A stretch of 47,887 bases of DNA from positions 1 to 47,887 of the forward strand of contig CAIJVL010000035.1 of the NCBI GenBank assembly GCA_903824155.1, given 5' to 3'. The first letter of the stretch is position 1, and every line of letters begins with the position of its first letter. Positions 28,378 through 36,354 of the stretch are shown here, one piece after another. The stretch is from Candidatus Adlerbacteria bacterium (GTDB lineage: Bacteria > Patescibacteriota > Minisyncoccia > Phycocordibacterales > SBAW01). The translations under genes and the position numbers were made by a program. The notes under the pieces were generated by a model. It saw only the letters and a program-made list of their open reading frames with translations. It had not been told where the DNA came from and did not search any database.

Positions 28378-28444
28378 GTGTGACCTCTCTAGTTGAATGT
28401 TTGAAGAACGCTGCCAAAGAGCCTAGTCGGTTAGCGCACGGGTG

Positions 28445-28738
28445 TCAATAAAATATAAAACAGCCCCTTGGGGCTGTTTTGATAATGGGCGGAAAGTGCG
28501 GCGGCGGCTCTTGGTCAAGCACTTCGTACAGTTTAGCGAGAACGAGCTGCCCCATCTCGATGAACTTCATATCGGAACTGGAAGCGACCAATGATTCGAC
28601 CTGGCGGATCATTTCCCACACGAGCGATTGCGAGTAACGGCAACCGCCCACCGTCAGAAAGGGGCGCGCTCTTTTCCACCGGTAAAGCAAATCGAGCGTT
28701 TCTTCAAATCGGCTGCACTTGCGGCGATGCTCGCTCAT
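28445..28738 (-). CDS. Hypothetical protein (orphan; C-terminus runs through a hairpin)
   Basis: GGGAGGAG SD before ATG; hairpin aaaacagcccc-tt-ggggctgtttt at 28457-28480. Confidence 0.55.
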   Translation of the reverse strand: MSEHRRKCSRFEETLDLLYRWKRARPFLTVGGCRYSQSLVWEMIRQVESLVASSSDMKFIEMGQLVLAKLYEVLDQEPPPHFPPIIKTAPRGCFIFY

Positions 28739-29146
28739 GACTCCCTCCTAGTGAGAACTCTGCCCCGACTATAGCAAATGTTACAAAAAATAAAACAGCG
28801 CCGAGAATGGCGCTGTTACAAGTCGGGGGACCGGTCCCCAAGTATGGGGGTTTGGTTGGCGTAACCCTTTTGTCTGCATGGCAGACACAGCTCCAGTACG
28901 GAGCATAACGGATGTGCACTCGATGTACACGTAGCACGTGTAGGGCGATAAGCTCTCCTGTTTGGAGTGTGAGACACGATAGAAGGAATCGGAGTCCGAT
29001 GCCTCTCATTGTTTTCTCCCTAGCTAAATAACAAAAGAACGTCCCAGCTAATATAGCAGGCTCCAAAAACCGCACAAGCGGGTTGTGCACTAGTAAAAAG
29101 TAAAGTATGTGGTACTGTCGCTTCAGATCAGAAATGGAGAGAAGTC

Positions 29147-29410
29147 ATGACCCCGCGAGAAATCTTACAAAAGATGCTTGGGTGGATTGCCGAAGAGAAA
29201 AGAAAATCGACTCAGCCCGGCGGTGATCCGTTTGAGTATATGAGCCTCACGTACTGTGCATCGGAAGTTGGTGCAGGAGAGCAGCTTGGCGAGGTAGTAA
29301 AGCTTTTACAAAAATCCGTAAAAGCCGAACCTCCTTGCATGCCCTTCGATGCAATGAGGCACAATCGTGCAATCTTCCTCATCAACCGCACTCTTGCCAC
29401 ATCGGCATGA
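29147..29410 (+). CDS. Hypothetical protein (orphan cassette)
   Basis: GGAG SD; TGG-TACTGT -10-like element; hairpin follows the stop. Confidence 0.68.
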   Translation: MTPREILQKMLGWIAEEKRKSTQPGGDPFEYMSLTYCASEVGAGEQLGEVVKLLQKSVKAEPPCMPFDAMRHNRAIFLINRTLATSA

Positions 29411-29444
29411 AAAAAGGCGCCCCACAAAGGCGCCTTTCTTTTTT
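29410..29444. terminator. Bidirectional terminator
   Basis: aaaggcgcc-ccacaaa-ggcgccttt. Confidence 0.8.
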
Positions 29445-29456
29445 ATTTAATTTGAG

Positions 29457-29486
29457 ATTACCAAGCGAAGTGGGCGAAGGCTTTGT
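29457..29486. repeat. 30-bp direct repeat of the rpsG 3' end (partner 29824-29853)
   Basis: attaccaagcgaagtgggc[g/a]aaggctttgt, 29/30 identical. Confidence 0.95.
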
Positions 29487-29760
29487 AGATAGCAAACACG
29501 AGAGACGTAAGTATAAAACTAATAATCACACATACTATCAGATCAAATATCCTGACTAGCCAAGGATTTTGATACCAAAATCCTGCAGATGGCTGGAAAC
29601 TCTGCTCGAGCAAACCTACGGGTAACGTTATCTTCGTGTAGATGAAGTTATAATTTTCTATTATCTTTTCAGCAACCGCAGGCAGAAATATTGGTAGCTC
29701 AACTATTAAAAAATAAATAATTCCCACAATAAAACTCCAAATGTAAAATGAGCGGCTCAT
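29458..29760 (-). CDS. Orphan membrane protein ending in the rpsG C-terminal peptide KAFAHFAW
   Basis: AT-rich, two TM segments; last 30 bp match the rpsG 3' end. Confidence 0.7.
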   Translation of the reverse strand: MSRSFYIWSFIVGIIYFLIVELPIFLPAVAEKIIENYNFIYTKITLPVGLLEQSFQPSAGFWYQNPWLVRIFDLIVCVIISFILTSLVFAIYKAFAHFAW

Positions 29761-29778
29761 AACTCTAGACTATCATGC

Positions 29779-29802
29779 AAAATCGCCCCTAGGGGCGATT
29801 TT
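29779..29802. terminator. Terminator after rpsG
   Basis: aaaatcgcccc-ta-ggggcgatttt. Confidence 0.8.
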
Positions 29803-29824
29803 GTGTAAACAAATTTGTTTTAAA

Positions 29825-30295
29825 TTACCAAGCGAAGTGGGCAAAGGCTTTGTTGGCTTCGGCCATGCGATGCGTATCATCGCGCTTCTTGATAGCCGGG
29901 CCTTCGTTGTTGGCGGCCGCCATCAGCTCGGTCGCAAGCTTTTGCGCCATCGGCTTGCCTTTGCCGCCGCGAGCGGCGATAAGGATCCAGCGGAATGCCA
30001 GCGCCTGCTTGCGCTCGGCGCGCACTTCGCGCGGCACCTGGTAGTTGGCACCGCCAACGCGGCGCGAGCGGATCTCCATCTGCGGGCCAACGTTGCGAAC
30101 GGCCGTTTCAAAAACTTCTACAGGATTTTCTACCTTGGTCTTTTCTTTGATGATATCAAAAGCATCGTATACCACTTTGCGGGCGGTAGACTTCTTGCCG
30201 TCCCACATGACCGAGTTGATAAACTTCTCAACGCGAAGAGAGCCAAACTTAAGGTCAGTGCCCGGAACATTACGATTTTTTACTGGTCGACGCAT
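29825..30295 (-). CDS. rpsG: 30S ribosomal protein S7
   Basis: [31 protein letters not shown]. Confidence 0.99.
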   Translation of the reverse strand: MRRPVKNRNVPGTDLKFGSLRVEKFINSVMWDGKKSTARKVVYDAFDIIKEKTKVENPVEVFETAVRNVGPQMEIRSRRVGGANYQVPREVRAERKQALAFRWILIAARGGKGKPMAQKLATELMAAANNEGPAIKKRDDTHRMAEANKAFAHFAW

Positions 30296-30331
30296 ATAAA
30301 TTTATTTATATAAATATTGAAGATTCAAATA

Positions 30332-30760
30332 TTATTTCTTCTTAGCTGCAGGGCCGCCGCCTTTCTTAACGCCATAGCGCGAGCGCGACACATTGCGCTT
30401 CTCGACACCCGTTGCATCGAGCTTGCCGCGCACTACCTGGTAGCGCACGTTGATGTCCTTTACGCGGCCGGCGCGCACCAGCACCACCGAGTGCTCCTGC
30501 AAATTGTGACCCTCGCCGGGGATGTACGCGGTAATTTCCATGCCGTTGGTCAAGCGAACGCGGGCGATTTTGCGGATAGCCGAGTTAGGCTTGCGGGGAG
30601 TAACGGTAGTTACCTTGGTGCATACGCCGCGCTTAAAGGGCGCCGGGTAGTAGATGGGGCGGTTTTTAAGCACGTTAAAGCCGCGCTGGAGTGCCGGCGA
30701 CTTAGACTTGTTGGTGCGGATTTTGCGTCCCTTGCGGACGAGTTGTGATATACGTGCCAT
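30332..30760 (-). CDS. rpsL: 30S ribosomal protein S12
   Basis: [29 protein letters not shown]. Confidence 0.99.
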   Translation of the reverse strand: MARISQLVRKGRKIRTNKSKSPALQRGFNVLKNRPIYYPAPFKRGVCTKVTTVTPRKPNSAIRKIARVRLTNGMEITAYIPGEGHNLQEHSVVLVRAGRVKDINVRYQVVRGKLDATGVEKRNVSRSRYGVKKGGGPAAKKK

Positions 30761-30803
30761 TTCTAAAATAAAACCCGCGAGGCGGGAGTGCTAGTAATGT
30801 AGC

Positions 30804-31442
30804 TTATATGGCGACTCCTGTCAAAAGGGAGAACATGGCCTGGAGTAATACTGAAAACGGCCCGGCCAACACATAGTAAAAGATGAGCATAATAATGAGC
30901 GTGCTCGAGACAATGCCCATGCGCTCAAACCCATAGCGGAAGTCGTCATACCAACGGCCGAGCGGCCCGGGCAGGATCGACGCCAATACCCGCGAGCCAT
31001 CAAGAGGCGGTATAGGTATTAGGTTAAACAGGGCCAGTACCATATTTAAATACGTAATAGTTGTAAATGCATCCTGCAAAGGAGTTTCAGGGCCGCCGAT
31101 AAAACGTATTGCAAGGCCAAAGATAACCGCGATAGCGATGTTAGTACCGGGACCGGCAAAGGCGGTCAGAGCCTCATCGTACTTCCCTGTTAAGTAGTGC
31201 GGGTTAATCGGCACCGGCTTGGCATATCCGATCAAGAGCGGAAAGTGCGTCACCGTTTGCGAAATTAAGAGGAGTCCCGGCAAAAGTATCGAGCCAATAG
31301 GGTCGATGTGCGCTAGGGGGTTGAGCGTGAGCCTCCCTGCCAGCTTGGCCGTAGGGTCGCCCAGCCAGTTGGCCATGTAGCCGTGCGCCACCTCGTGAAG
31401 GATGACCGACACTATTAATACAATGAGGGAGAAGAAAAACAT
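30804..31442 (-). CDS. Site-2 protease family (M50) membrane metalloprotease
   Basis: HEVAH, GRLTLNPLAHID, AGP, NLIPIPPLDG; start uncertain (31442 or 31460). Confidence 0.93.
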   Translation of the reverse strand: MFFFSLIVLIVSVILHEVAHGYMANWLGDPTAKLAGRLTLNPLAHIDPIGSILLPGLLLISQTVTHFPLLIGYAKPVPINPHYLTGKYDEALTAFAGPGTNIAIAVIFGLAIRFIGGPETPLQDAFTTITYLNMVLALFNLIPIPPLDGSRVLASILPGPLGRWYDDFRYGFERMGIVSSTLIIMLIFYYVLAGPFSVLLQAMFSLLTGVAI

Positions 31443-31491
31443 GTTGCGAATTCGATACATTATGCTACCATATGCCTCTACAATAAAAAGT

Positions 31492-31737
31492 ATGGCAAAA
31501 GTCTGCGAAATAACAGGAAAGGGCTCGATTGTAGGTGGAGGATACTCTAACCGCATCCGCGCAACCAAATTTAACCCTACCGGCAAGGTACGCAAGCAGG
31601 TAAACCTGCAGAAAAAGCGTATCTTTGTCCCTGAGCTTAACAAGTCGGTGACTATTACCGTGTCTACCCAAGGCCTCCGTACCATCGCCAAAAACGGCGC
31701 CTACAAAACCCTCAAGAAGGCAGGACTCATCAAGTAA
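31492..31737 (+). CDS. rpmB: 50S ribosomal protein L28
   Basis: MAKVCEITGK...NLQKKRIFVPE...STQGLRTI. Confidence 0.93.
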   Translation: MAKVCEITGKGSIVGGGYSNRIRATKFNPTGKVRKQVNLQKKRIFVPELNKSVTITVSTQGLRTIAKNGAYKTLKKAGLIK

Positions 31738-31748
31738 TTTCGATAAAC

Positions 31749-31785
31749 AAAAAACCGCTCCAAGCTAACGCAAGGAGCGGTTTTT
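31749..31785. terminator. Bidirectional terminator
   Basis: aaaaccgctcc...ggagcggtttt. Confidence 0.8.
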
Positions 31786-31789
31786 GATT

Positions 31790-31963
31790 TTAGGAGCAAC
31801 CCGAGTGTGCTCTTACATACAAAGCAAATGCAATCATGGTCCCGAGCCACATAAACATATAAAACAAGCTCATGCAGATGCCGGTCAATTGCAATCGTCG
31901 AATCTGCTGGTCTTTCGATTCGAGTATGATATCAGTCACGGTACGCTGCAGTTTTTCATTCAT
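31790..31963 (-). CDS. 57-aa single-TM protein (not in ORF track)
   Basis: GGAGG-N5-ATG; MNEKLQRTVTDIILESKDQQIRRLQLTGICMSLFYMFMWLGTMIAFALYV... Confidence 0.6.
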   Translation of the reverse strand: MNEKLQRTVTDIILESKDQQIRRLQLTGICMSLFYMFMWLGTMIAFALYVRAHSGCS

Positions 31964-32071
31964 GGCTGCCTCCGAGTTAAGAATGTATTCCTTTGCGACA
32001 ATAGCAGACTATCTTCTATATGAAAAGAATGAGCCGCCGACCCTAGGGTCGGCGGCTTTTTAGTTTGTAGC

Positions 32072-32218
32072 TTATCGGCTAGTGTGCTCCAGAGCGTGTC
32101 CTCCCCGTGTTGGCGCATGTGCAACTTGTGCGCCATACAACCAGGCAACAACCAGTGCCAATAGAAGTCTCGTAACAGCGAATGTCACGAAAAAGTTTGG
32201 CTTGTACTTCGAGAGCAT
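32072..32218 (-). CDS. 48-aa single-TM protein (not in ORF track)
   Basis: AAGGA SD; MLSKYKPNFFVTFAVTRLLLALVVAWLYG...; hairpin 32032-32057 downstream. Confidence 0.5.
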   Translation of the reverse strand: MLSKYKPNFFVTFAVTRLLLALVVAWLYGAQVAHAPTRGGHALEHTSR

Positions 32219-32320
32219 CAGACTTTCCTTTTTTTATTTTCACTATGCAGCGCTACGCACTACAAAAAAGAACGCTACTTTTTGACCTTATCACAAATCA
32301 CGGTGCGGGCGCAAATAATG

Positions 32321-32980
32321 CTAATTTGACCAGCTCGGGTATTTTGCCTTAAGCCTCGCTATGTCGCTCGGGTCCAGCGCCTGGTAGACCGCGAGCCAGC
32401 TGCTGGCTATTTGCGCCTGCGCTGCCGTAAGCGAAACGTGCCCCGCGCACATCTCTTCGTACAAGTACACCTCGACCACATCCTTTTCTTTAAACCCAGG
32501 CGCCGGGTCTGCCGCCTCCGGAAAGAGGTTTGCCTCATCATTACTGCCCCCGAGCGCAAGCGGGACAAGGTGGTCGAGCTCGTACGTTCCGGTTGGAGGC
32601 GGATATGCAATATTGTATGCCGCGTACACCTGTTTTTTTAATTTGATTGAAACGGAGCGAACTTGCTTTGTATACCCTGGTACGCATATTTCGCTTGGCG
32701 TTGCACCGGGAAAGACAGCGCCCGGCGTACAAGCCGCGTCGGGGAGTGCCCCATTAATAACGCAACCGGCGTCTTTTTGCGGCAGCGCGAGAGTAGTAGT
32801 GCCTTGATAGGCGGCTAAGAGTGCCGCAACGCGCGAGGCGCTCGCGCTCTGTGGGCTCATACTCTCTAAAAATTGTCGCGGTGGTGGCAAAACCGCGCTC
32901 CACATGACGGTGACGCAGATACACAATGCTCCAATAAGCCCAAGTAAAAGACGCCGGCGCGATGGGTACATGGTTGGCAT
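32321..32980 (-). CDS. Exported HNH-endonuclease-like protein
   Basis: N-terminal TM/signal; YELDHLVPLALGGSNDEANLFPE...KD; Cys pattern. Confidence 0.8.
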   Translation of the reverse strand: MPTMYPSRRRLLLGLIGALCICVTVMWSAVLPPPRQFLESMSPQSASASRVAALLAAYQGTTTLALPQKDAGCVINGALPDAACTPGAVFPGATPSEICVPGYTKQVRSVSIKLKKQVYAAYNIAYPPPTGTYELDHLVPLALGGSNDEANLFPEAADPAPGFKEKDVVEVYLYEEMCAGHVSLTAAQAQIASSWLAVYQALDPSDIARLKAKYPSWSN

Positions 32981-33035
32981 TGTAAGCCAGACAATAAAAA
33001 AGAAAAGCCCCGACCGTAATCGGGACTTCTACTCT

Positions 33036-33308
33036 TCAGATAACGCGCCATTGATTCCATGGCGTCATGGGTTCGTCTTTTGGAACAGGGATAGGCTGCC
33101 TCACGACAGTCTCCTTGAAGATGACAGTCATTGCCCTGTCGGCCTTATGCTCACGGTTTACCACTTGATTGTGAGCTACCGGAGCCACGACCCTGTGTTG
33201 GAGGATTTTTCCAGAGTCGTGAACGGCCCCTGCGAGGCCGATTGACATAAGTCCGCCGACCGTAATGAGACACACAGCCCATATGGTAAAGAAGCGAGGA
33301 ATACGCAT
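33036..33308 (-). CDS. Small exported hypothetical protein
   Basis: GGGAG SD before MRIPRFF; signal/TM segment; VNREHKADR. Confidence 0.6.
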   Translation of the reverse strand: MRIPRFFTIWAVCLITVGGLMSIGLAGAVHDSGKILQHRVVAPVAHNQVVNREHKADRAMTVIFKETVVRQPIPVPKDEPMTPWNQWRVI

Positions 33309-33429
33309 CTCTAGAATCTCCCGAATGGTTGGTTGAACTCCTGCCGTGAATATGACATATATACCTGAAAAGGCAATGAGTCTATCCACGCTTCATGAGC
33401 CTCTCAGACAATGGTAGTATTTTAAACAT

Positions 33430-34020
33430 ATGCAATACCAAGAAAAAAAGTTCGACCTTCCTGCTCTGGACGGCATTTCGGCAAAATCGGTCGAGGAGCA
33501 TTTGGGCCTGTACGCCGGTTATGTTAAAAATTTTAATGCGATAAGCGCAGCCATAGAGGACTTGCTAAAGGATGCGGACAAAAATGCGCTTGCGATAGCC
33601 GAGTTGCGCCGCCGCCACTCGTTTGAGTTTGACGGCATGAAGCTCCACGAGCTGTACTTTCCCCAGTTCGAGGGAGCACCGACTGCACTTGCTTCCGACA
33701 GTTCATTTTCACAAGTGGTAACCGCGCATTGGGGCTCGCCTGATGCAATGATTGCGCGCGTACGACAAACCGCGATGATGCGTGGCCCGGGCTGGTCAAT
33801 CCTCTATTACAATCCTGAGTCAAAAGCATTCCATATGAGCTTTGTCGGCGAGCAGCATCAAGGCCACTTTGCAACGCTGCCTATTATCTTGGCGCTCGAC
33901 GTATGGGAGCATGCATTTTTGCTCGACTACGGCGCACAAGGCAAAGGCAAGTATGTGGACGCGTTTTTCAAAAACCTAAACTGGAAAGTTATTGAGCAGC
34001 GCTTCGATAACGTGAAATAG
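33430..34020 (+). CDS. sod: Fe/Mn superoxide dismutase
   Basis: EEH, LHELYF, LDVWEHAF metal-ligand motifs. Confidence 0.93.
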   Translation: MQYQEKKFDLPALDGISAKSVEEHLGLYAGYVKNFNAISAAIEDLLKDADKNALAIAELRRRHSFEFDGMKLHELYFPQFEGAPTALASDSSFSQVVTAHWGSPDAMIARVRQTAMMRGPGWSILYYNPESKAFHMSFVGEQHQGHFATLPIILALDVWEHAFLLDYGAQGKGKYVDAFFKNLNWKVIEQRFDNVK

Positions 34021-35575
34021 AAAAAATAGTTAGCGGTACATATGCCGCAACTAAAATCCAAACCGGAAATTGTGCAACAGTCGCTGTCGAATATGGCAGC
34101 GACTGTGTCGTTGTAGCCACCAGCATGATCCACTTGAGCGCAAGGTCGCACACCACCGTTGGCAGCAGCGCGAGCGCTTCGCTCACCAACCCTACGAGGC
34201 CCGCGATAAATCCGGCGAGCATCGCAAGCGGCACGACGGGCAATGCCAAAATATTTGCCGGCAAGGCAAAAAAAGAAAGCGTGCCGTTAAAGTACAGCAG
34301 CGCGGGCGTTACAAAAATTTCGACCGCAAACGTTGTAGCAACAATCGAGCGCAAATCAAAGCGTTTGTAATTGGGTATGCGCCACAGTTTTTGCTCGACC
34401 CATGGCGCCAAAGTGATAAGTCCAAAAGTTGCGAGCACGCTCAAAATAAATGAGGAGTCGTGAAGCAGGCTCGACGGATTCCACAAAACCATTCCCATAG
34501 TGGCAACGCTTAAACTGCGCAGCGCCAGCGCCGAACGATGCAGGTAGCGCGCAAACAATGCAACAAGCGCCATGATAAGCGCGCGCACCGTAGTGGCGCC
34601 AAAGCCAGTCATCGCTGCAAATAAAATCATCAATACTGCACCAACGCCATAACCAGCCGTGCGCGGCAAAAAGGCCAGCGCTCTAAAAACTCCTTCGGAA
34701 ACAATAGTGATGTTGTGCCCCGAGAGCACGACCACGTGCACCAAGCTCGATGCAACAAATGCCTGCGTGAGAGACTGTGGAATCCCGCGCCGCTCGCCGA
34801 GCAAAATACCTTCAAGCAGCGAGCCGTCGGGTTCGGGAAATAATTTCTCTACCGACCGCTCGAACAAATGTTTAGTATCAAACAAAAAAGTTTGGAAAAT
34901 ATATTGGGGTGCAAACCCGTTTTGGTTTACGCTCAGTATGGTTGCATGCGGCATCATTGCCGAAATGCCCTGCGCCTCCAAGTATCCCTGATAGTCAAAC
35001 AAATGGCCGGTGTTTGTTTCAAACGGCTGCGGCCTCTCGATTGTGCCTTGCAGCACGACCGTGTCGCCGTAGCTCACCTCTTCGTTGGGGCCGACTATCG
35101 CCAACAGCTCGCCCTGCCTGCCTGCCGGCAGGCTTGCGCCGTCTATTTTGGTAACCTCCACATTTATATGAAGTGACGTAGCGCGGCGCTCGGGGTCGTT
35201 GCTAACCACTCCCTCGATAACTTTTTTATCCTTGGTAGCTGTGCTCACGTACGGCAGCAAACTTTCAGCCGATTGAGTAGCAATAAACATCTCAGCCCGT
35301 AAAACACCAAGTACAAGCGCCGCCAAGAGGATCGCAGCGAGAAACATTTTTTTATTGTGCATCAGCGCACCCAACGCGATTAACGCAAGTGCGGCGCCTA
35401 TGCTCACACCTAAATACACAACTCCAACGGTAAAAATTAGCGCAAGCGCAACCCCGCTAACCACACCAGCGGCAAGACAATATAAAAAAGCGCCCCCGGT
35501 ATCCTGTTCCACGAGGCAAGTTCTACCAAACTCAAGAGGTTTGTCTATGCCGTGAAACAGACTACAACGCGGCAA
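33989..35575 (-). CDS. comEC: ComEC/Rec2 DNA-uptake channel (no MBL domain); true start possibly GTG at 35512
   Basis: FDYQGYL, GILLGE, HVVVLSGHN, TVRALIM, SFILS. Confidence 0.92.
   Translation of the reverse strand: MPRCSLFHGIDKPLEFGRTCLVEQDTGGAFLYCLAAGVVSGVALALIFTVGVVYLGVSIGAALALIALGALMHNKKMFLAAILLAALVLGVLRAEMFIATQSAESLLPYVSTATKDKKVIEGVVSNDPERRATSLHINVEVTKIDGASLPAGRQGELLAIVGPNEEVSYGDTVVLQGTIERPQPFETNTGHLFDYQGYLEAQGISAMMPHATILSVNQNGFAPQYIFQTFLFDTKHLFERSVEKLFPEPDGSLLEGILLGERRGIPQSLTQAFVASSLVHVVVLSGHNITIVSEGVFRALAFLPRTAGYGVGAVLMILFAAMTGFGATTVRALIMALVALFARYLHRSALALRSLSVATMGMVLWNPSSLLHDSSFILSVLATFGLITLAPWVEQKLWRIPNYKRFDLRSIVATTFAVEIFVTPALLYFNGTLSFFALPANILALPVVPLAMLAGFIAGLVGLVSEALALLPTVVCDLALKWIMLVATTTQSLPYSTATVAQFPVWILVAAYVPLTIFSISRYRSAAQ
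35113..35133. repeat. CCTGCCTGCCGGCAGGC palindromic micro-element inside comEC
   Basis: Perfect 14-bp palindrome gcctgccggcaggc; encodes LPAGRQ. Confidence 0.6.
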
Positions 35576-35960
35576 CTATATACGGCACAAAGATAAAGAG
35601 GCCTATAAGGAGAGCGGTTACTGCGGTGATTAGGACCGCGCCGGCGGCGACGTCTTTGACGTCGCGGGCAAGTGGATGAATATCGGGCGAAGTTAGGTCG
35701 ATGTCAATTTCTATGGCGGTGTTAAAAGCCTCGGCGGCCAAAACCAATCCGGCTGCCACCACAAGCATCATCCACTCATAGCGCGTGATATGGAAGAAAA
35801 GCCCGAGAAAGATTGCAAAGCAAAGTAAAAATATATGCACCCAGGAGTTGTGCGTGGTCTTAACTAAAATCCAAATGCCCCTGCCCGCGTATGCAAAACT
35901 CTTAGCCCGCTTAACGATGGAGAACTTCTTTTCGTTTGAGTTATTAGATGAGACTTCCAT
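35562..35960 (-). CDS. dgkA: Diacylglycerol/undecaprenol kinase family protein
   Basis: SFAYAGRG, AEAFNTAIE, KDVAAGAVL. Confidence 0.92.
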   Translation of the reverse strand: MEVSSNNSNEKKFSIVKRAKSFAYAGRGIWILVKTTHNSWVHIFLLCFAIFLGLFFHITRYEWMMLVVAAGLVLAAEAFNTAIEIDIDLTSPDIHPLARDVKDVAAGAVLITAVTALLIGLFIFVPYIVAAL

Positions 35961-36010
35961 AAACTAATTGTAGCAAAACAAAAGGCCCGCCGTAGCGGGC
36001 CTTCCAAATA

Positions 36011-36256
36011 TTAATGCACCATCTCGATTTCAGAAGCAGTGAGAAAGAAAGACTCCGCATTGGGGTCAAGGTGCCTCACGGAAGCATTTTCTTCACCTTC
36101 CAACTTTTCAAACAGCCCCTCCAAAGTTTGGTCGATGGTTATCTCGCCTTTGTACATAGCAGCCCATTGGTTTGGGTGATCCAAAACCAACTGGTGCATA
36201 TCAATGTCAAGAATTTCAGCGTCGTCAAAAAACTGTTCACGATCGTTCCTAGTCAT
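36011..36256 (-). CDS. Small acidic hypothetical protein (DUF5678-like)
   Basis: GAGGAG SD; HPNQWAAMYKGEI...LEGLFEKL; hairpin 35981-36003. Confidence 0.62.
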   Translation of the reverse strand: MTRNDREQFFDDAEILDIDMHQLVLDHPNQWAAMYKGEITIDQTLEGLFEKLEGEENASVRHLDPNAESFFLTASEIEMVH

Positions 36257-36354
36257 TGCACTCTCCTCTAGAACTGAGTTGAATCCGCACACACGTTACC
36301 GCTAACTATTTAAAATGTCCACCTGGACTCCGTAGTATCTGAAAAAAGAAAAGT

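Noticed and set aside
9469..29820. Prophage or IS element explaining the inserts
   Set aside because: No recognisable integrase, transposase, terminase or structural genes; inserts are small and scattered.
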